Source of the DNA: Catajapyx aquilonaris
Taxonomy: Eukaryota
Length of the DNA: 64,000 nucleotides
NCBI GenBank assembly: GCA_000934665.2
Contig: JYFJ02000922.1
Location: forward strand, 1-64,000
Direction: 5' to 3'
In this document: positions 26,531-40,030 of the stretch, in pieces
How positions within the stretch are numbered: position 1 is the stretch's first letter
How the letters are laid out: every line of letters starts with the position of its first letter
The notes under the pieces: generated by a model
Database searches by the model: none
Told to the model about the DNA's origin: nothing
What the model saw: the letters and a program-made list of their open reading frames with translations, nothing else
Position numbers and translations under genes: made by a program

Positions 26531-27969
26531 ACTCACTCACACACACACCGCGGAAACAGTGTCCGTTTCATTAAGCCAACCGCTTTAGAGGAGCTCGCTC
26601 CACATTAGGCCTCTTTTACCATAATTTTTTTTAATCCGCTTGAATATTTGGACTATTACCTCTACAGTAGTCATTTGCAGAGCCCCAGAGTACTAATTGG
26701 TAAGCCTTCATGTGCAGTGGGAATACTGGTCTTAGTCCAAGGCCAGCAGGTCGTAGGCTATGTAAAGGAGGGAAATTGAGGTAGGGCGACATGGGAATAT
26801 ATATTTAAAAAGTGCCCAATCCCATACTGACCTTTCGACACTTAAACACGCGTTAATTTATGATCGGGTTATCCGGCGAATGTGATTTGCTGGAACCGCA
26901 ATCTGAAACGGAGCCAACTCAATTTTATTTTGTAATTAGGTAACATTTCACGTCTTCCGATTCATCTTTCGAAAGTCCTTCGTTGAAATTCGGGAGAAGC
27001 TTGAAATAAATATGCTGACCCTACTTCGGCAGAAGAATGAGTCCTACATTATGGCGGTGTTACATGTATTTTTCAGTACACGTATTTCATTCTCAGTGTC
27101 TAACCGGAATGGGAGGAAGTTAGGGGTTGGAGCCCTTTTTCGGGGTTGGGTGATAGGGCGAGTCAAAATTCCAGTTGGCTTCCATCCCGCGTACTTTCTC
27201 TCCACTAACATCAACAATGAATCAAAAATATTCCCATCAAAAGGATAATTTCCGCATTCACGTCCAGGCCCACATCGTTTATTACGCCACAATGTAATTT
27301 CCCCCCGCTACTCTACCTTTTGACAAAGGGGACAATAATTTTAATATCGCACAAGTATATTAAAATTAAATGAATGTAGCGTGGTGTGACTCTAGAATGC
27401 AGCATTGGCGCACCCACCATTTCGCCTGCTATGCATCACTCAGAGTGCGCCAATTAATTTGGAGAGACTTGCTGCAGCCTGGCCAGCTTGCACACCTATT
27501 GTTGTAACCACACGACAGGTTATGCTCTCATCAGGAAGATTAACAGCCAGCGGACGCTGTCAAAAAGGACGGCCAGGGGACAATGCTAATAAGACATATA
27601 AATGAGAAGCACCACGGTAGACTGCACTGACAACGCATTCTAAATTATTCAAACAATAACATGCGAACATACAGTAATTCTATCATTTCAACAATCGGGC
27701 CGTAAACTGCCATTGCCATATTATATGAAATGATAGCAATCTGAATATACATCACTTCTCATTACGTAAAAAACTACGTACTTTTATGTAAAAAATATTT
27801 AAGATAATGTCATGCTATGCTTCATAATCATGAGCATAATTTTATGAATGCGGAAGGTGTTTTCGGACATTCACCTGACTCGAGTGTAAATTTTGTATTG
27901 GGCCAGGATGCCATTGATGAAAACTTTTTTGTCATACATTGTAGTACCTGATGATAATGGTAGCTAGTA

Positions 27970-28304
27970 ATAATGGATATAATATTATATAGCATAATAT
28001 ATAGCATAATATATAGCATAAATATTATATAGCATAATGGATAATAATAATGGATACCCCGTGATAGGCCCATTGGGCCTCTTAGGGGATCATCTTTTGA
28101 ATAACCGACTTTAATCATTTGCCTGTAATGTGATGGATTTTGATAGTGGGAGGAAACGGGAGAACCCGAGAAAACCCACGCGAACACGGAGAGAACCCAT
28201 CGAAACTCTATCCACATAAGTATCCTCCGTCCGACCCGGGGATCGAACTCGGGACCTTAGAGGTGGAAGGCTGCGGCGCTAACCACTCGGCCACTGTGTT
28301 GCCC
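27970..28304 (-). mobile_element. tRNA-derived SINE, family B, with V-domain-like core
   Basis: On the minus strand: A box GTGGCCGAGTGG, B box GAGTTCGATCCC, then GTTCTCTCCGTGTTCGCGTGGGTTTTCTCGGGTTCTCCCGTTTCCTCCCAC (V-SINE-like). It ends in a stem-loop plus an (ATT)n tail. Perfect 15-bp TSD TAATGGTAGCTAGTA (27955-69, 28305-19). Confidence 0.92.
27979..28050. repeat. ~12-bp tandem repeat (ATATAGCATAAT) x4 inside the SINE tail
   Basis: Directly visible; it lies inside the TSD pair. Confidence 0.85.
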
Positions 28305-31300
28305 TAATGGTAGCTAGTATAAATTGATCAAATTTACCTCTGTCCACAGTGTATTCAAACAAAAAATGTTTTCTTAAATTACATTTTTTGTCTCTGAAAG
28401 TTGTAATCAAAAAGGTACAAAGTGTGCATGTACAACCAGACTATACGAAAAAGATGTCGTAAAGTTATTTGATGACCTAAAATGCAGAACAATCAGGCAG
28501 ATTCGAAAGAGAAGGACTTGAAATTTGAACATTGAATTATCAATATTATGGGATTTTTTTGACATTCAAATGTTAACTCTCATTACTCTAACGTGAAACT
28601 GACTCGACCGTCAGAAAGTAAGCTTAGAGGACTCTATTACACACTGCCTAACTTAGTTTTCACCAAAATGTGATTGCATTTCAGGTCATCATTTTGGTAA
28701 TTTTTACAGGTCAACTGCTCATTTCTCGGATCCCATGTTTTCGTCGCCGCCTGCAGTGTTCTACAACAGCAATATCGAGCGACCTTAATGAGAATTAGTG
28801 CCCAAAATGATACAGCCAGTGAGAAACTGAATAATGCAACATGTTACCTACAGTGTCCTAATATGCCCTATAATTATGTAGACCGCTGACCGAATTCGTA
28901 ACTGATGAGTCCTACCAAAGAAACATTTTAAACTTCTCGCCTAATGAGCTTGTTCTAGAGGTTTTTCTGAAATATTTCTGATGCTTTGAAAAGAATTCGC
29001 ATTTTTATCACTTTGTGGTAGGCAAAGGCGACATTTTCATGTAATTTACAAGGAATAACTCAGTTTTGAGTGACAGGCAGAGGTATATAATCATTGAACT
29101 TAAACTATCGATGTAATATTTATCTACACGTATAGCTATAGTTACAAATGAGCAAAAGAGACTGGGACTGCCCCTTTCGCCGTTACGTATACGCCAGTTG
29201 ATCGCTAAATTTTTCAATATATCTGATTCTAAATTTTTCTCCCTGACAGAACACGCCAGGCTGGCTTCTGATTTTGAACCAGTTGAATCCATAATAGGCC
29301 CCTAATTCTCCTGCATGTCACTACTTCTTCGGGTCCCCATATCACATGAATAAATGAGCTAAGTTAATCAAGTCTTATCAAGCAAGCTGCTGATGGCCAG
29401 CATAAATGGGGAGAATATTTCTCCTGCAAGCCATACAATACACAATAAATCTTTGGGGTTCTTGACTTTTTAACACCCATACCTCAAAGGCCTTTCTATT
29501 ACTTTATTACGCCATGCACCTTTTATGGACCCGTTTCCTCAATAGGCAAGGAGATAAATTGAGTCTCCTTCCAGCAATTAACTGGACTCTTTTCATCCTG
29601 TGCTTGCGTTTGTGAAAATGGCCAACGTCTTTATTGTACTTCTCTGCTGAAACATTTGTAGCATGTCATTCTCGGCGCTCCTTTCAGAATCTGCATTTTA
29701 TCATCTATTATTTTACGAGTGTATTACAAGCTTAATTCAGTGAGTGGGGTCCGAATGAGAGAAAATGTATCTCGCCTCTCATTTAAAATTATCTTTCACG
29801 TGCTAGAAGACTCGGGGAAGGGCGATACTTAATCATAAAAAGGCTGGCTTTTTGGTGCAGGAAAAGGCCTCAAGATAGAATAAACTTGTCGGCAAGCGGA
29901 GGAGGAAAAATGGATGAGCTAATTCCTATGCAGTTTCTGCCATGTGCCAAACGTGCGTTCTGACACTTATACCCGTAGGGGCTTTATCGGGATGAGAGAC
30001 AGCGTGATATATAGTACTATATCCATAAAATATGATCATATAGCCTCATTACATTAAAGAAGAAGGAGAGGGGCCAGATTAGATGCAGCAGCACCTTACC
30101 GCCAGAATGAATGAGCCAATGACGAGAAATGAAGCCTGAAGGCTGCTTATGTAGCAGGAATAAATAACCTCTCTGCACCTTACTTTACTTTTTCATGGGC
30201 TAATATTTTTCCGGGGGTATGACTGCATGTACTGCTTTTTATTTTTTATGAGTGTTGGTAAAAAAATCGGCTTGCTGTCGTTTGGTTTGTTAGCAGTAAA
30301 TAATCCCCACCAATCACATCAGTCATAATGTGACATGTCAACAGGGTTTGTGCTATCATGAGAAAATATTGTTCATTGGTCCGTTGCCGCGCAACTTTGG
30401 TGTAGATGCAAAAAGTGTTTGCCAACGGGTTTTCATGACAATGTTTCAGGTAAAGAGATAACGAGCGGTTATCTCCGAGTGTTGAGCTTGGAGGCACTTG
30501 TTTACACAAAATGTGTAGTCGAGAAATATCCTAATCCAAGAATTACAAATGGGATAGTTTGTGCAAAACCACCAGCCGCAAACGAGGCAATTGGATATGC
30601 TTATGCTAAATGTTATTTTTAGACCAAATATTTGTCAACTGATCTGTGAAATGCTTTTCAATTATAATTGGCAGGTTCATAATACCCTCCTTCAACCAAT
30701 AAATGGAGTTTATAAAGCATGCACATTAGGTATACACACGTATTAAATGAACCATTGTCATCTGTTGTGATAGTTTACCAGTTGTAACTTGATAAGGTTT
30801 TGAAATCATAATAAGATATTAAACATAATGGGTATCTGCAGTTCAATACTTCAGGAAAACCCATCAGCACGTCGTAAAAGACATTGCCAGAAAAAATATT
30901 AGCATTCAGCAGCAGTTTGAATTATTACCAGATAGAAAATAGAGGAATCATTAAATATTGCTGAAAACCCCTTTTGCGGACGTTAGCTAATCCTCTTACA
31001 CAGCTCAGCCTCGATCCTGATTTCACACGTCCTTCCTCATTTTATTCACAAGGAGGAACCGGACATCAATTCTGACTGACGGCTTTATGGGCTCAGATAT
31101 AGGATCCGTGACGTCCCTTTGGTCAACTCACATTTGCAGCCACTCCACGCTGCCATCCCACCTTCAATCACACGGGACAGCTCTCGAAACGTCCGGATTC
31201 TTAACCCCATCATATTTAACGTGATTTTCTAAAGCAAGCTTAGGAATAGGACAATGTGATTTCGCCCCGTTTTGTAGGAAATTGTGCTTAATGGCGTGCA

Positions 31301-33154
31301 AAACATATCTGCAGGTTGAGGGAGTTGTGGAATAAAATGGGCTGAAGTGCTTGGAGTCTCTTTGCAAAAAAAAAAAAAAGTCGCTTGATATCCCGGTCAC
31401 AGATGAGTTCTGCGCATGAAGGCCTGCGGAATTGGCGAAAATTTCCAATTCCCTTCAAAACTAAAAGAGAGCTATAGGGAGGGAGGGAGGAGGGAGGAGG
31501 GTGCAAAAACGAAGGAAACTCAATCACCGTAGGAAGTTCCACCTTCGCTCAAGGGTTTTCCTGCTCTCTCCAAACAGCTGGATTTGAATCGAACTCTCGT
31601 CCTGTCGGCTCTGGATCAGCTTTTTGTCGAGCCTGGTGACAACTCGTAGGCTTAACGAACAGTCATCTGGATCACAAAATGTCAAACCCAATCATCAAAC
31701 CTCCCCACTTTTTTTTTACCAATCGTGGTACCTGATTTGCCCGATTTATTTTTTTTATTCAATTACATTGGCTGACATCAAATCCATAGAGCCAACTCTT
31801 TTTGGAGACCCAAATTGACTGCAATACCGGTAATGCAGCTTGATCGTGCAACCTGGTATAAAGATGAAAGAGATCGGAATCTGAGTCCTAATAGGCGCCA
31901 TCGATTTCAAACCCTCTTCTTTCGCTACAAAGCTGCACCATTTTCGCTGAGAAGAGATTTCCAGTCTGAATTAAGGCCTAATTTTCGGAGAAGGTCATGA
32001 ACCGTCAAGCTCCTTTGACACTCGCTTCGTTCCCAAAACTTGGAAGCCTGTCATACGTCAGAAACCTGTTACATTCAAGCAGGAGAAACTTTAGGGGTGG
32101 GGGGGGGGGGTTTCGTAATCGATATTTTCTCCTTCTCTCCCACCTTGCCTTTTGGCTGTACGACATTTCTATGAGCCTTGTTACAGTTGATAGTGTACGT
32201 ATAAAAATGGTTACGGCATTCTTGGATCTTTTTTCATTGTGAGCCAGGATTGAAATCTGCCTCGTAAAATTCCTTCTCGTAGGGAGGGCTTTACCTTCCA
32301 CTAGGGCCGTTATCATCCTTTAGCAACTTTGGCGGTGAGACAACACGCCACTTTTTTTTGCTATTATTATTCGACACCCGATGATCTGCACTTATCGGCT
32401 GCTTTTTATTATGACACCGGGGTCCCACAAATGGGCAACTCCCAGCCTTCTCTATATACCGCCCTGTAAGCTGTGAAGGGATTACGCTCTGCTTTCGTAA
32501 TTCCATTTTTGTGCGCAAACTGGCGCACAAAAGGAACCGTTTACCTCGTTTTGTTCGCATGTCGACCGTGGAAATTGAGGACAACGCTCATGTTGTGCAT
32601 CGTGCTGCGACTAACACACTGCTTTTCCACATTTAGCGTGCTTCTGGATTATAACCCTATTGCCAGCTCTGGATAAGTACGTACGACCAAATAATTGGAT
32701 GCTGCCTTTATAAGTCGTGTTCTATACCATAATACCAGTGGGGATATTTTCATGAAACTGTTATTTCTCCTCAGAGGTGCATTTTTGTGTGAATCTAATT
32801 TGTCTTTTGAGAGACTAAATATACGGTATATAACAATAATCGCATTCTGGTTCAAATAGCGTACCCTGCTTATACGACAGCTTACAATATTCGAGACATT
32901 TGTTGTTTACTTTTACCATAAGCCATTCAAGTTAAGCAACATGTAGCGCTCACACCATGGTATAAAGATCTTGTAGCAAGTGATCTTCACTTGTTTCACC
33001 GCCTACTTAAAAAATTGGCAGGCTATTACACAGGGAGTGATGAATAAATAGGCTTGGCTGCAAGAGTGATCACCATAGGCTTACAAATCTGGTACGTAGG
33101 CCTACTACGGTTTTTAAAACGTTTCGAACAGCGTGAGGTTTGTGTGAGGTGAAA

Positions 33155-33331
33155 GCTGGAGATGTGTGCCACTATATGGTTGTGCTGAATTTTGTGGGAA
33201 AAATTTTAGAGCGCTTTATGGCCAACCGATACTTCCTTTTGGAATGCGGTAATATTTTGTTCAAAACTGATGCAGGAATTTTCCGTCCCCTGGCTGGCTG
33301 CGTCGAGTATACTTGTTGCTGTGACACAATA
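33155..33331 (+). pseudogene. Non-LTR retrotransposon reverse-transcriptase fragment
   Basis: ORF 33140..33463 contains AGDVCHY-VVLNFVGKILERFMANR-LLECGNILF-GIFRPLAGCVEYT. This resembles the LINE RT motifs YRPIsLLN..GKILERI.ANRL and GFRP..GC.EH. Confidence 0.55.
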
Positions 33332-36300
33332 TACACGGTTCAGTTAGCCTCGAGACCTATCAACAACTCTCCCATTATAGGATGTGCTTATTTTTTGCAG
33401 GCGGTTTTTTTTTGCTATTGGGCTCAATTCAGTAACGATGCCGCAAGAAATAATGTAACGTGATAAACCTGATTGCTCTAATGTGCACTCTGTTAGGATT
33501 AATCTCTAATCTAAGATCTTAGATTCTGTCATTGAATTATTAAATGCCCATATGTCCAGCAAGTTTAGCGTTGATGTTTTTAATAACTAATTTTGAATTT
33601 GTAGACTAAAGTATACTAATTTTAATGCATGGAATAAAAAGCCATAAAAGTGTTACACCTATATAGTAAACCTAATGGTACTTCAATTATCTTGGTCCAT
33701 TCTAAGTTCTTCTGTCCGTTTCCATCGCACAGATGTTGAACATCCTCCTTAAAACGCATCATTCCTTCATAAAGAGCACGTAAAATGCTGAAGTGAATTT
33801 ACGATAAAATTCCCAACATAAAGTACAATGTGAAACAAGCTGTTTCTCTAGCACCCTAAAAACCCAACACATCCCATGAATGTGCAAAACTAATCCCCCC
33901 TAACAATGTACCATTGTGGTTGCGACCATTTGGAGACGAATCCTCGTAATGGGACCCTTGTCCTGAATTCTATCCACGTATAACAACCTGTCCTCAACAT
34001 GATCCTTCCTCATATTGTTCTCTATAAAGCCACCCTCACCTTCCCCTTTTTCCACCTCAACTATGGCCATTTACACAGACGTTTGTGCGAATCGTCCAGG
34101 CTCAGCCTCCACTTGCTCTTACTTGGGAGCTGGGTGGGGGAAGTGGGGGATGGGGGATAGAGGAGAGAGGCTTAGGCTTCCTTTTACGAGCGCTGGGGAT
34201 CACATTGAAACTGAACTGCATAAATCCACTTGGTATGAAAATTCTGGGCCACACACACATATGGAATGGTTCCCAGCCAAAGTCTGGCTTCATTATTCCC
34301 CGGTTATCTGTGGTGTGCTACATTAATCATTCGCATTGTAGTCCAATCACAGGAATTATCCCCGTCGTGCACACGCCAGTGTGTAGTCATGTTAATTATT
34401 AAACTATGTTATAAAAGAGCCCTTTATCGCCACATTTGAGAGTCAGCAAACGGAACAATCATTCCCGCAGAGTGTGTGGAAAATAAAATAACGCGTCATT
34501 CTGGGCAACGCATCAAAGTGACTCCAGATATGTGTGTATATGGTGCATTAGGTGGTAGCAAAGCCACACCCAAAAGACAGATTTGGCTACAATGTTTCAA
34601 GTGTTCCATATCACGCGCAATTTTCCTGGAGTACTTTTTGACACCATTATTAGTCAGGTTGGAAAACTGCGACCATTCAAAATATTCCATAGCAAACTAG
34701 TTAATAATCAGGTAATCGTGATTTTCCTGCTTCTAGCAGTCTAGCATGACAGAACCGACACTACGTATAAGCATCACCATGTTTGCACACCACTCTAAAT
34801 TTTTCCGACAAGACGGCATATGCGGATGTAGGCACGGAAATTCTTGCGTAATGTCTCCATTTCGACTAGCCCGGTCCAAAATATGTCACCATATCGATCC
34901 CAGCAGCAAGGCAAAAGCAGAGCCGCAAAACTAGCTGGGGCAACTGAAGCTCCATTTCCTCTCTCCTCCACCAATTTTTAAGTCCTCCTCCTCCTCCTCC
35001 GGAGCGCCTTAGGCGCGCCTCTTTTCCCTCTGATGGAGACGTGCATTTGTCCCACCAATTGCCTGCACTCAGAACCTGCCAACTGCACCCACCCACCAAA
35101 ATGCCACCCGCCATCTTCAATCATATACATGTGTATACTTGTATTTCTACCACTAACCGTCTGCACTTTTTTTTCTTCCTCTAGATCTACAGTAGCCTAT
35201 ACCAAAAATATTGTTCGTCCGTCTGGATGCAACACTAACGCCATCAGACACAAGTTGCTTTGTTCTATTCTGAGCTGGTGGCCAGTTGACATCAAATAAT
35301 GGTGTACAAGAAGCCCCAGCGTAAAATGCTTTAAACGTTTGCCACAGTTTGAATACAATCAAGCAGATATTTTGCGCAGTGACAACCTGAGTCTAACGAC
35401 ACCGTATAGTGCAATGAGACTTTTCCCCTTCGCTGGTCGGAAGCGAAAGTCCCGAACTCTTTCGCTAAACAGGATGAGACAGCACGGACCATGATGAATC
35501 TGGGTAGGGCCGCAGAATTGATTTGTTCGGAATTATCAGTGACGAAATGAAAGGAAGCAATTGGATTTCGGCGCCAACTCAGCAGGATACCTTTCCGATG
35601 GGGACACGGAGAAAAAGAGTGTGGGTGACAAGGGAACTTCATTTATCGTCTCCACTTTCCCAGTTGATGTAGGAACTAACATCGTGCACGTGGCTCTTCT
35701 AGTCGGAGCAGCAGAAAAAGAGAGAGATAGCATTTGCTGCTGGGAAATTATTTTCCCACAATAAATCTGCCATAAAATATACTGTAACAATTGCCTGGGC
35801 CGTAAATCCATCTGTCATCAACACTGTCGTCCTCATTTATTTACCATCGTGCACAACAGCATGAATTGGAAGCGATAATTCAAGTTGCGAATTATTTATT
35901 GCCATTTGCATTTTTCCTTAATGACATTGCAGCGTGGTATACTACAAAATAATATTTTGCGTACGCCTATTGCACAGACAAAATCAGTCATGAAAACGTT
36001 TTAAATGTTGGCTAATCCTGTATTCCAGACTATCATTTTCCGCCACCTGCCAATAGCCTGTGAAAATGTTGCTCAATATTTCATTATTTTTGATTTGCTG
36101 CAAAATATTCCATGATATCTACCCACACAGCTTCAGTTTAGGTGCACTATTTTACCTTGCACATTAACCGACTTAAATATATTATGTTGCATAATTATGT
36201 TCCTGCACCTGCTGAATGATGGTGTAGGCCTTTTGTGCACCATTGTATTTTGTGTATAAGGGTTAACAAGTTAAATAGGTCTAATACAGCGATACAAAAG

Positions 36301-37034
36301 TCGAGTAATAGAATAATTTGTGGTCTATAATTGACTTTGTTCCCAGCCTATCATTAATAAATCAATAGACAGAGCTGTTTTTGAAAAGCCAAGGTTATCA
36401 GCTCATAAAACACTACTCTCTGAGTTAGGATCAAAATATTATTCTGATTCTCTTCTGTAACATTACATTTACCCGCAGTTCATCACACGCCCAAGAAAAC
36501 AAAGCCTGTGAATTTAGTAGTCCCGAAGGAATCCTGAGTTGAGGATGAGGCGTCTGACCCCACTTAGCACAGAAACTGTGTTTTTTTTTATCAAACTCCT
36601 ATCCTTGCCCAATCTTGATCCCCAGCAGACTTTTGCTTTCTTGCCAGTCTGACTTTCTTTCACGTTTTTCCTCTCTCTATTTTTTTCACCCTCTCCAAGG
36701 AAGCCTCTGCTCTGCACCTGCTCGCCTTTGGCCTCTGCCCTCTCCCCCGCCCTCCTTCACACACACCTCCTTTCAAATCCATCGATCGTTGACCTCCGTG
36801 GAACGAGATCTGCCTGCCATCGAACCGATTAGGCCCTCACGCCTTATGGGACTCGGCTTATTTTATTATATCATGCAAATAAGCGCGGCTGGAAATGATT
36901 GGAAATTCCAATCTCAGAAAAATCAGTGTGTACATACCATATCTATGTCTTTAACCCTGAATTATCTTTAGTTGATTTTTTAAAATATTTTTTCTTTGAT
37001 GTGCAAATGAACTCATTAACTAAAATACACTATA

Positions 37035-37363
37035 CAGGGTGTTTCAACTTTTTTTGTCCGAACAGTTATCGGAAAATTGCACGTAGCTGCTACTTTGTAA
37101 GCAGTGACTTGCAACCGCTGATTTGTCGGAGGAATGGGGAATGTGGAAAAAGAGGGTCACACATCCCATGGCATGTGTGACCTTTTTTCCAGGCTTGACC
37201 CTCCATTTTCAGTGGGAAGCACTTATGCAACTTCAACCTCCGATTCGCAGGGAATATTCCCCGTTCCTCCGAAAAATCACCGTTTGCAAATCACTACTTA
37301 CAAAGTAGCAGCTACGTGCAATTTTCTGATAACTGTTCTGACAAAAAAAGTTGAAACACCCTG
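37035..37363. mobile_element. Tc1/mariner-type MITE (CAGGGTGTTTCAAC termini), full copy
   Basis: TA|CAGGGTGTTTCAACTTTTTTTGTC ... GACAAAAAAAGTTGAAACACCCTG|TA. Inverted arms are about 110 bp, with an internal hairpin GGTCACACAT...ATGTGTGACC. Confidence 0.92.
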
Positions 37364-39460
37364 TACATAACAATTGTACAAGTGTCATATATAAAGGACG
37401 TTAGGCATATCTGGATTACTTATTGGCTATAAATGATGAACATACTTGTAGGATATAGTGTGGGAGGCAATCTGGCTGCTAGGTTGAGGGGTGGTAGGGG
37501 TGGCTAAATGAGGCGTAGGGTAATCCTAAGGTCGTGTGCAATAGCACTCTTTCACGGGGGCCGGACATGGGGACTGTTCGTTTCGATTAGTAAGCGAGAC
37601 GCAGGCGAGGCTCAGATAACTAAAAAAACGATTAGTTAGCAAGGCGTGGGTTATTAATAGCTGGACGATGTGGCCGGCAAACAAAACTCAAAAAACAAAC
37701 GCTGGAGATGTGCAATGGAATTTGTTAAGCGCATCAGAAAGGGGGTCACGACGACGGTTTACAAAATTGCTAATTAAAGTTAATTTCATTAGCATTGCAA
37801 GCACGGAGCCCAATGTTGAGAAAAGGCAAAGTAATAACCCTGTGCAGTTAATCGCCACGCCGTGCATAATACCTGAGAGTTTGTTCGGTTTCCTCGCACA
37901 ATTTTAACTCCCTGTACACGGAGCTTCCTCCCTCACAGACATCCTTATTCATTGGTTCAGACTACCCTGGGAAGTTTTTCAACCAAAGGTGCCTCTCGGA
38001 TGAGGCTTCACTACTTTCTTGAAACGTCACAACCTTTGTTCATTGCCTCGTCTCTGAACCATTATGCATTGTAACTAATTGGCCAATTGGCGTAATAGAG
38101 AGGAAAGGCTGAAATTGGTATAGAAAAAAAGGTGCACAGAGATTACCGGACTGAAACATGTTTAAGGCTATATGATTACACCCAAACTACCAGTATCACA
38201 CAGGAAATTATAGCTTTATTATTGTTTTACTCTAGGCCAACCTTTTCCTTACAGCGTTGCACTATAATGGCTAATTTTTGGGACTCTTAGCTAGTGAGGT
38301 CAAGTAATGGCAATGTGATATTTATCTGCTTAAACCAGTGATATTATACCTCAAGTAGCATACTTCGCTATATGGTGTGCATATTTATGTTTGCACGTCA
38401 CTGATTGACAACAATGAATTTTGATATGCACCCGCCTGCAATCTGACATTATTCAATCATCATGCTACAAGTAATGCGTTGCCACTGGCTACTAACACCA
38501 TCCAGTCTCGGTTCCTTTTTGTTGAAAAAGGAAAAGCTTTTCTTCCCACGCTTTGTGTACCCGCGAATTGTGAAGAGCCCTGGCTGTGCAGACCAAACAC
38601 AAACCCAGGCGGAGGAAAGGAATCAAGTCAAGTGATGGAGGTAGCCTAATGTGATTGAAACCTTCTGTAAATAGAGTTGCCATACTGTGCAAATAAACAT
38701 CGGCTGCCACTTGTCAGCCATTTGCAACCATCGACCCTGTGCCCAGCCAGCTCTCTGCGTTATTTGAAAATGTGACAGCAGGCACACTGCAACATTTTCT
38801 TACAAGAAAATTGAAAGTGGAAGGAAAACTTGAAATCTAGCCGGATGCATCTTCCGGGCCAACGTTCCCTCACCATCCACAAACGTTGGTCTTGAGGTGG
38901 TGGGGGGAGGGGAGGAAGGCAATGGGATAAAAACGATCAAAGCGGAGAGAAGATATGTGAGGATTGTGAGGACGGAATTGGAAGAGGCGCTCTAAAGAAA
39001 GATTGGTCGCATTTGAAACCACAGCCCACTGCCTCCACTCTAGAGAAATCCGTCTTTTTCCGCTTGTGGGATCCGGATTCTACGGTGTATTGCGGTAAGA
39101 TCCTCGGGGAATATACTTATAATTACTCCATTCACTACTGATAGCCCATGTTCCGGCTGTACATTTCGCTTGGACATTTCTGGCATGAAATGGACTAGCC
39201 AGAACTTTCTTAATACAAGCAACATATCAAAAAAATATACGCTTTGACTATAGCCTACAACATAATGTTTCAACATTTTGCATTTGCATAGTAGGCCTAT
39301 GATTTTTCTCAAAAAATAAACTTACACTACACTCCTATACACGAGGTGACTCAAGTACTGTCCCAGAAGAATATCATTAATGACAAAGAGAGTCAGAATC
39401 ACATTCTGGTGAAGTCTGCGACTGATATGCAGTACGTTAATTACACGCTGAGCTAGACCG

Positions 39461-40030
39461 CAGTCAAACTTCTATAAGTCGAAGAAAATATATTATGAGC
39501 CGTTGGTCACAATGTAAAATAATAGGAAATAAACTTCCCTAACTCGAATTTCTATAACTCGAAGTTCTCCATAACTCGAAGTGCAGGCAGGGCCTTACGA
39601 TGGGATATCAATGCATTTTCAGTCTCCCTAAGTCGAAGTTCATGTTGGCGAGTACGGAAAATTCTCTCATTTCCCACAGCCGAAAGGTCGAGAGTAGGCC
39701 ACATGTAGAGAAAGGCTCAATTTCCTGATCTCCGTCTACCAGACGTACTGAAAGAAGTGTTTGACTCGATTGTGACTATTGAATCCTTGAATCTAAGAGT
39801 AGGCAAATGTCCATAACGGAGATTTTTTACAACAAAACAACGAGGAGCATTGTAAGTGTGATAGCGACAGTTATTTTTAAGTTTTGAACACCTTTCGTCG
39901 CAGGATATAAAGGTAGGCTTCCTTAAAGAGTTATGTGCTCAAAAGAAGCCAAACTTCTCTAACTCAAATCTTCTATAACTCGAAGTTTTTCCGTTCCCAT
40001 GTATAGATTCGACTTATAGATGTTTTACTG
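39461..40030. mobile_element. pogo/Tigger-like non-autonomous element
   Basis: TIRs are CAGTCAAACTTCTATAAGTCGAA and TTCGACTTATAGATGTTTTACTG|TA. Repeated subterminal TAACTCGAA / TAAGTCGAA motifs occur near both ends. The left TA is not preserved. Confidence 0.8.

Noticed and set aside
28902..28924. Penelope-type minimal hammerhead (CTGATGAGTCC...GAAAC)
   Set aside because: There is no GGAC partner for stem II and no other supporting stems.
30253..30630. Very old palindromic element
   Set aside because: Only patchy inverted similarity; the ends cannot be defined.
39461..40030. CRISPR-like spaced repeats (TAACTCGAA)
   Set aside because: The repeats are short, irregularly spaced subterminal motifs of a pogo-like element in eukaryotic DNA, with no cas genes.
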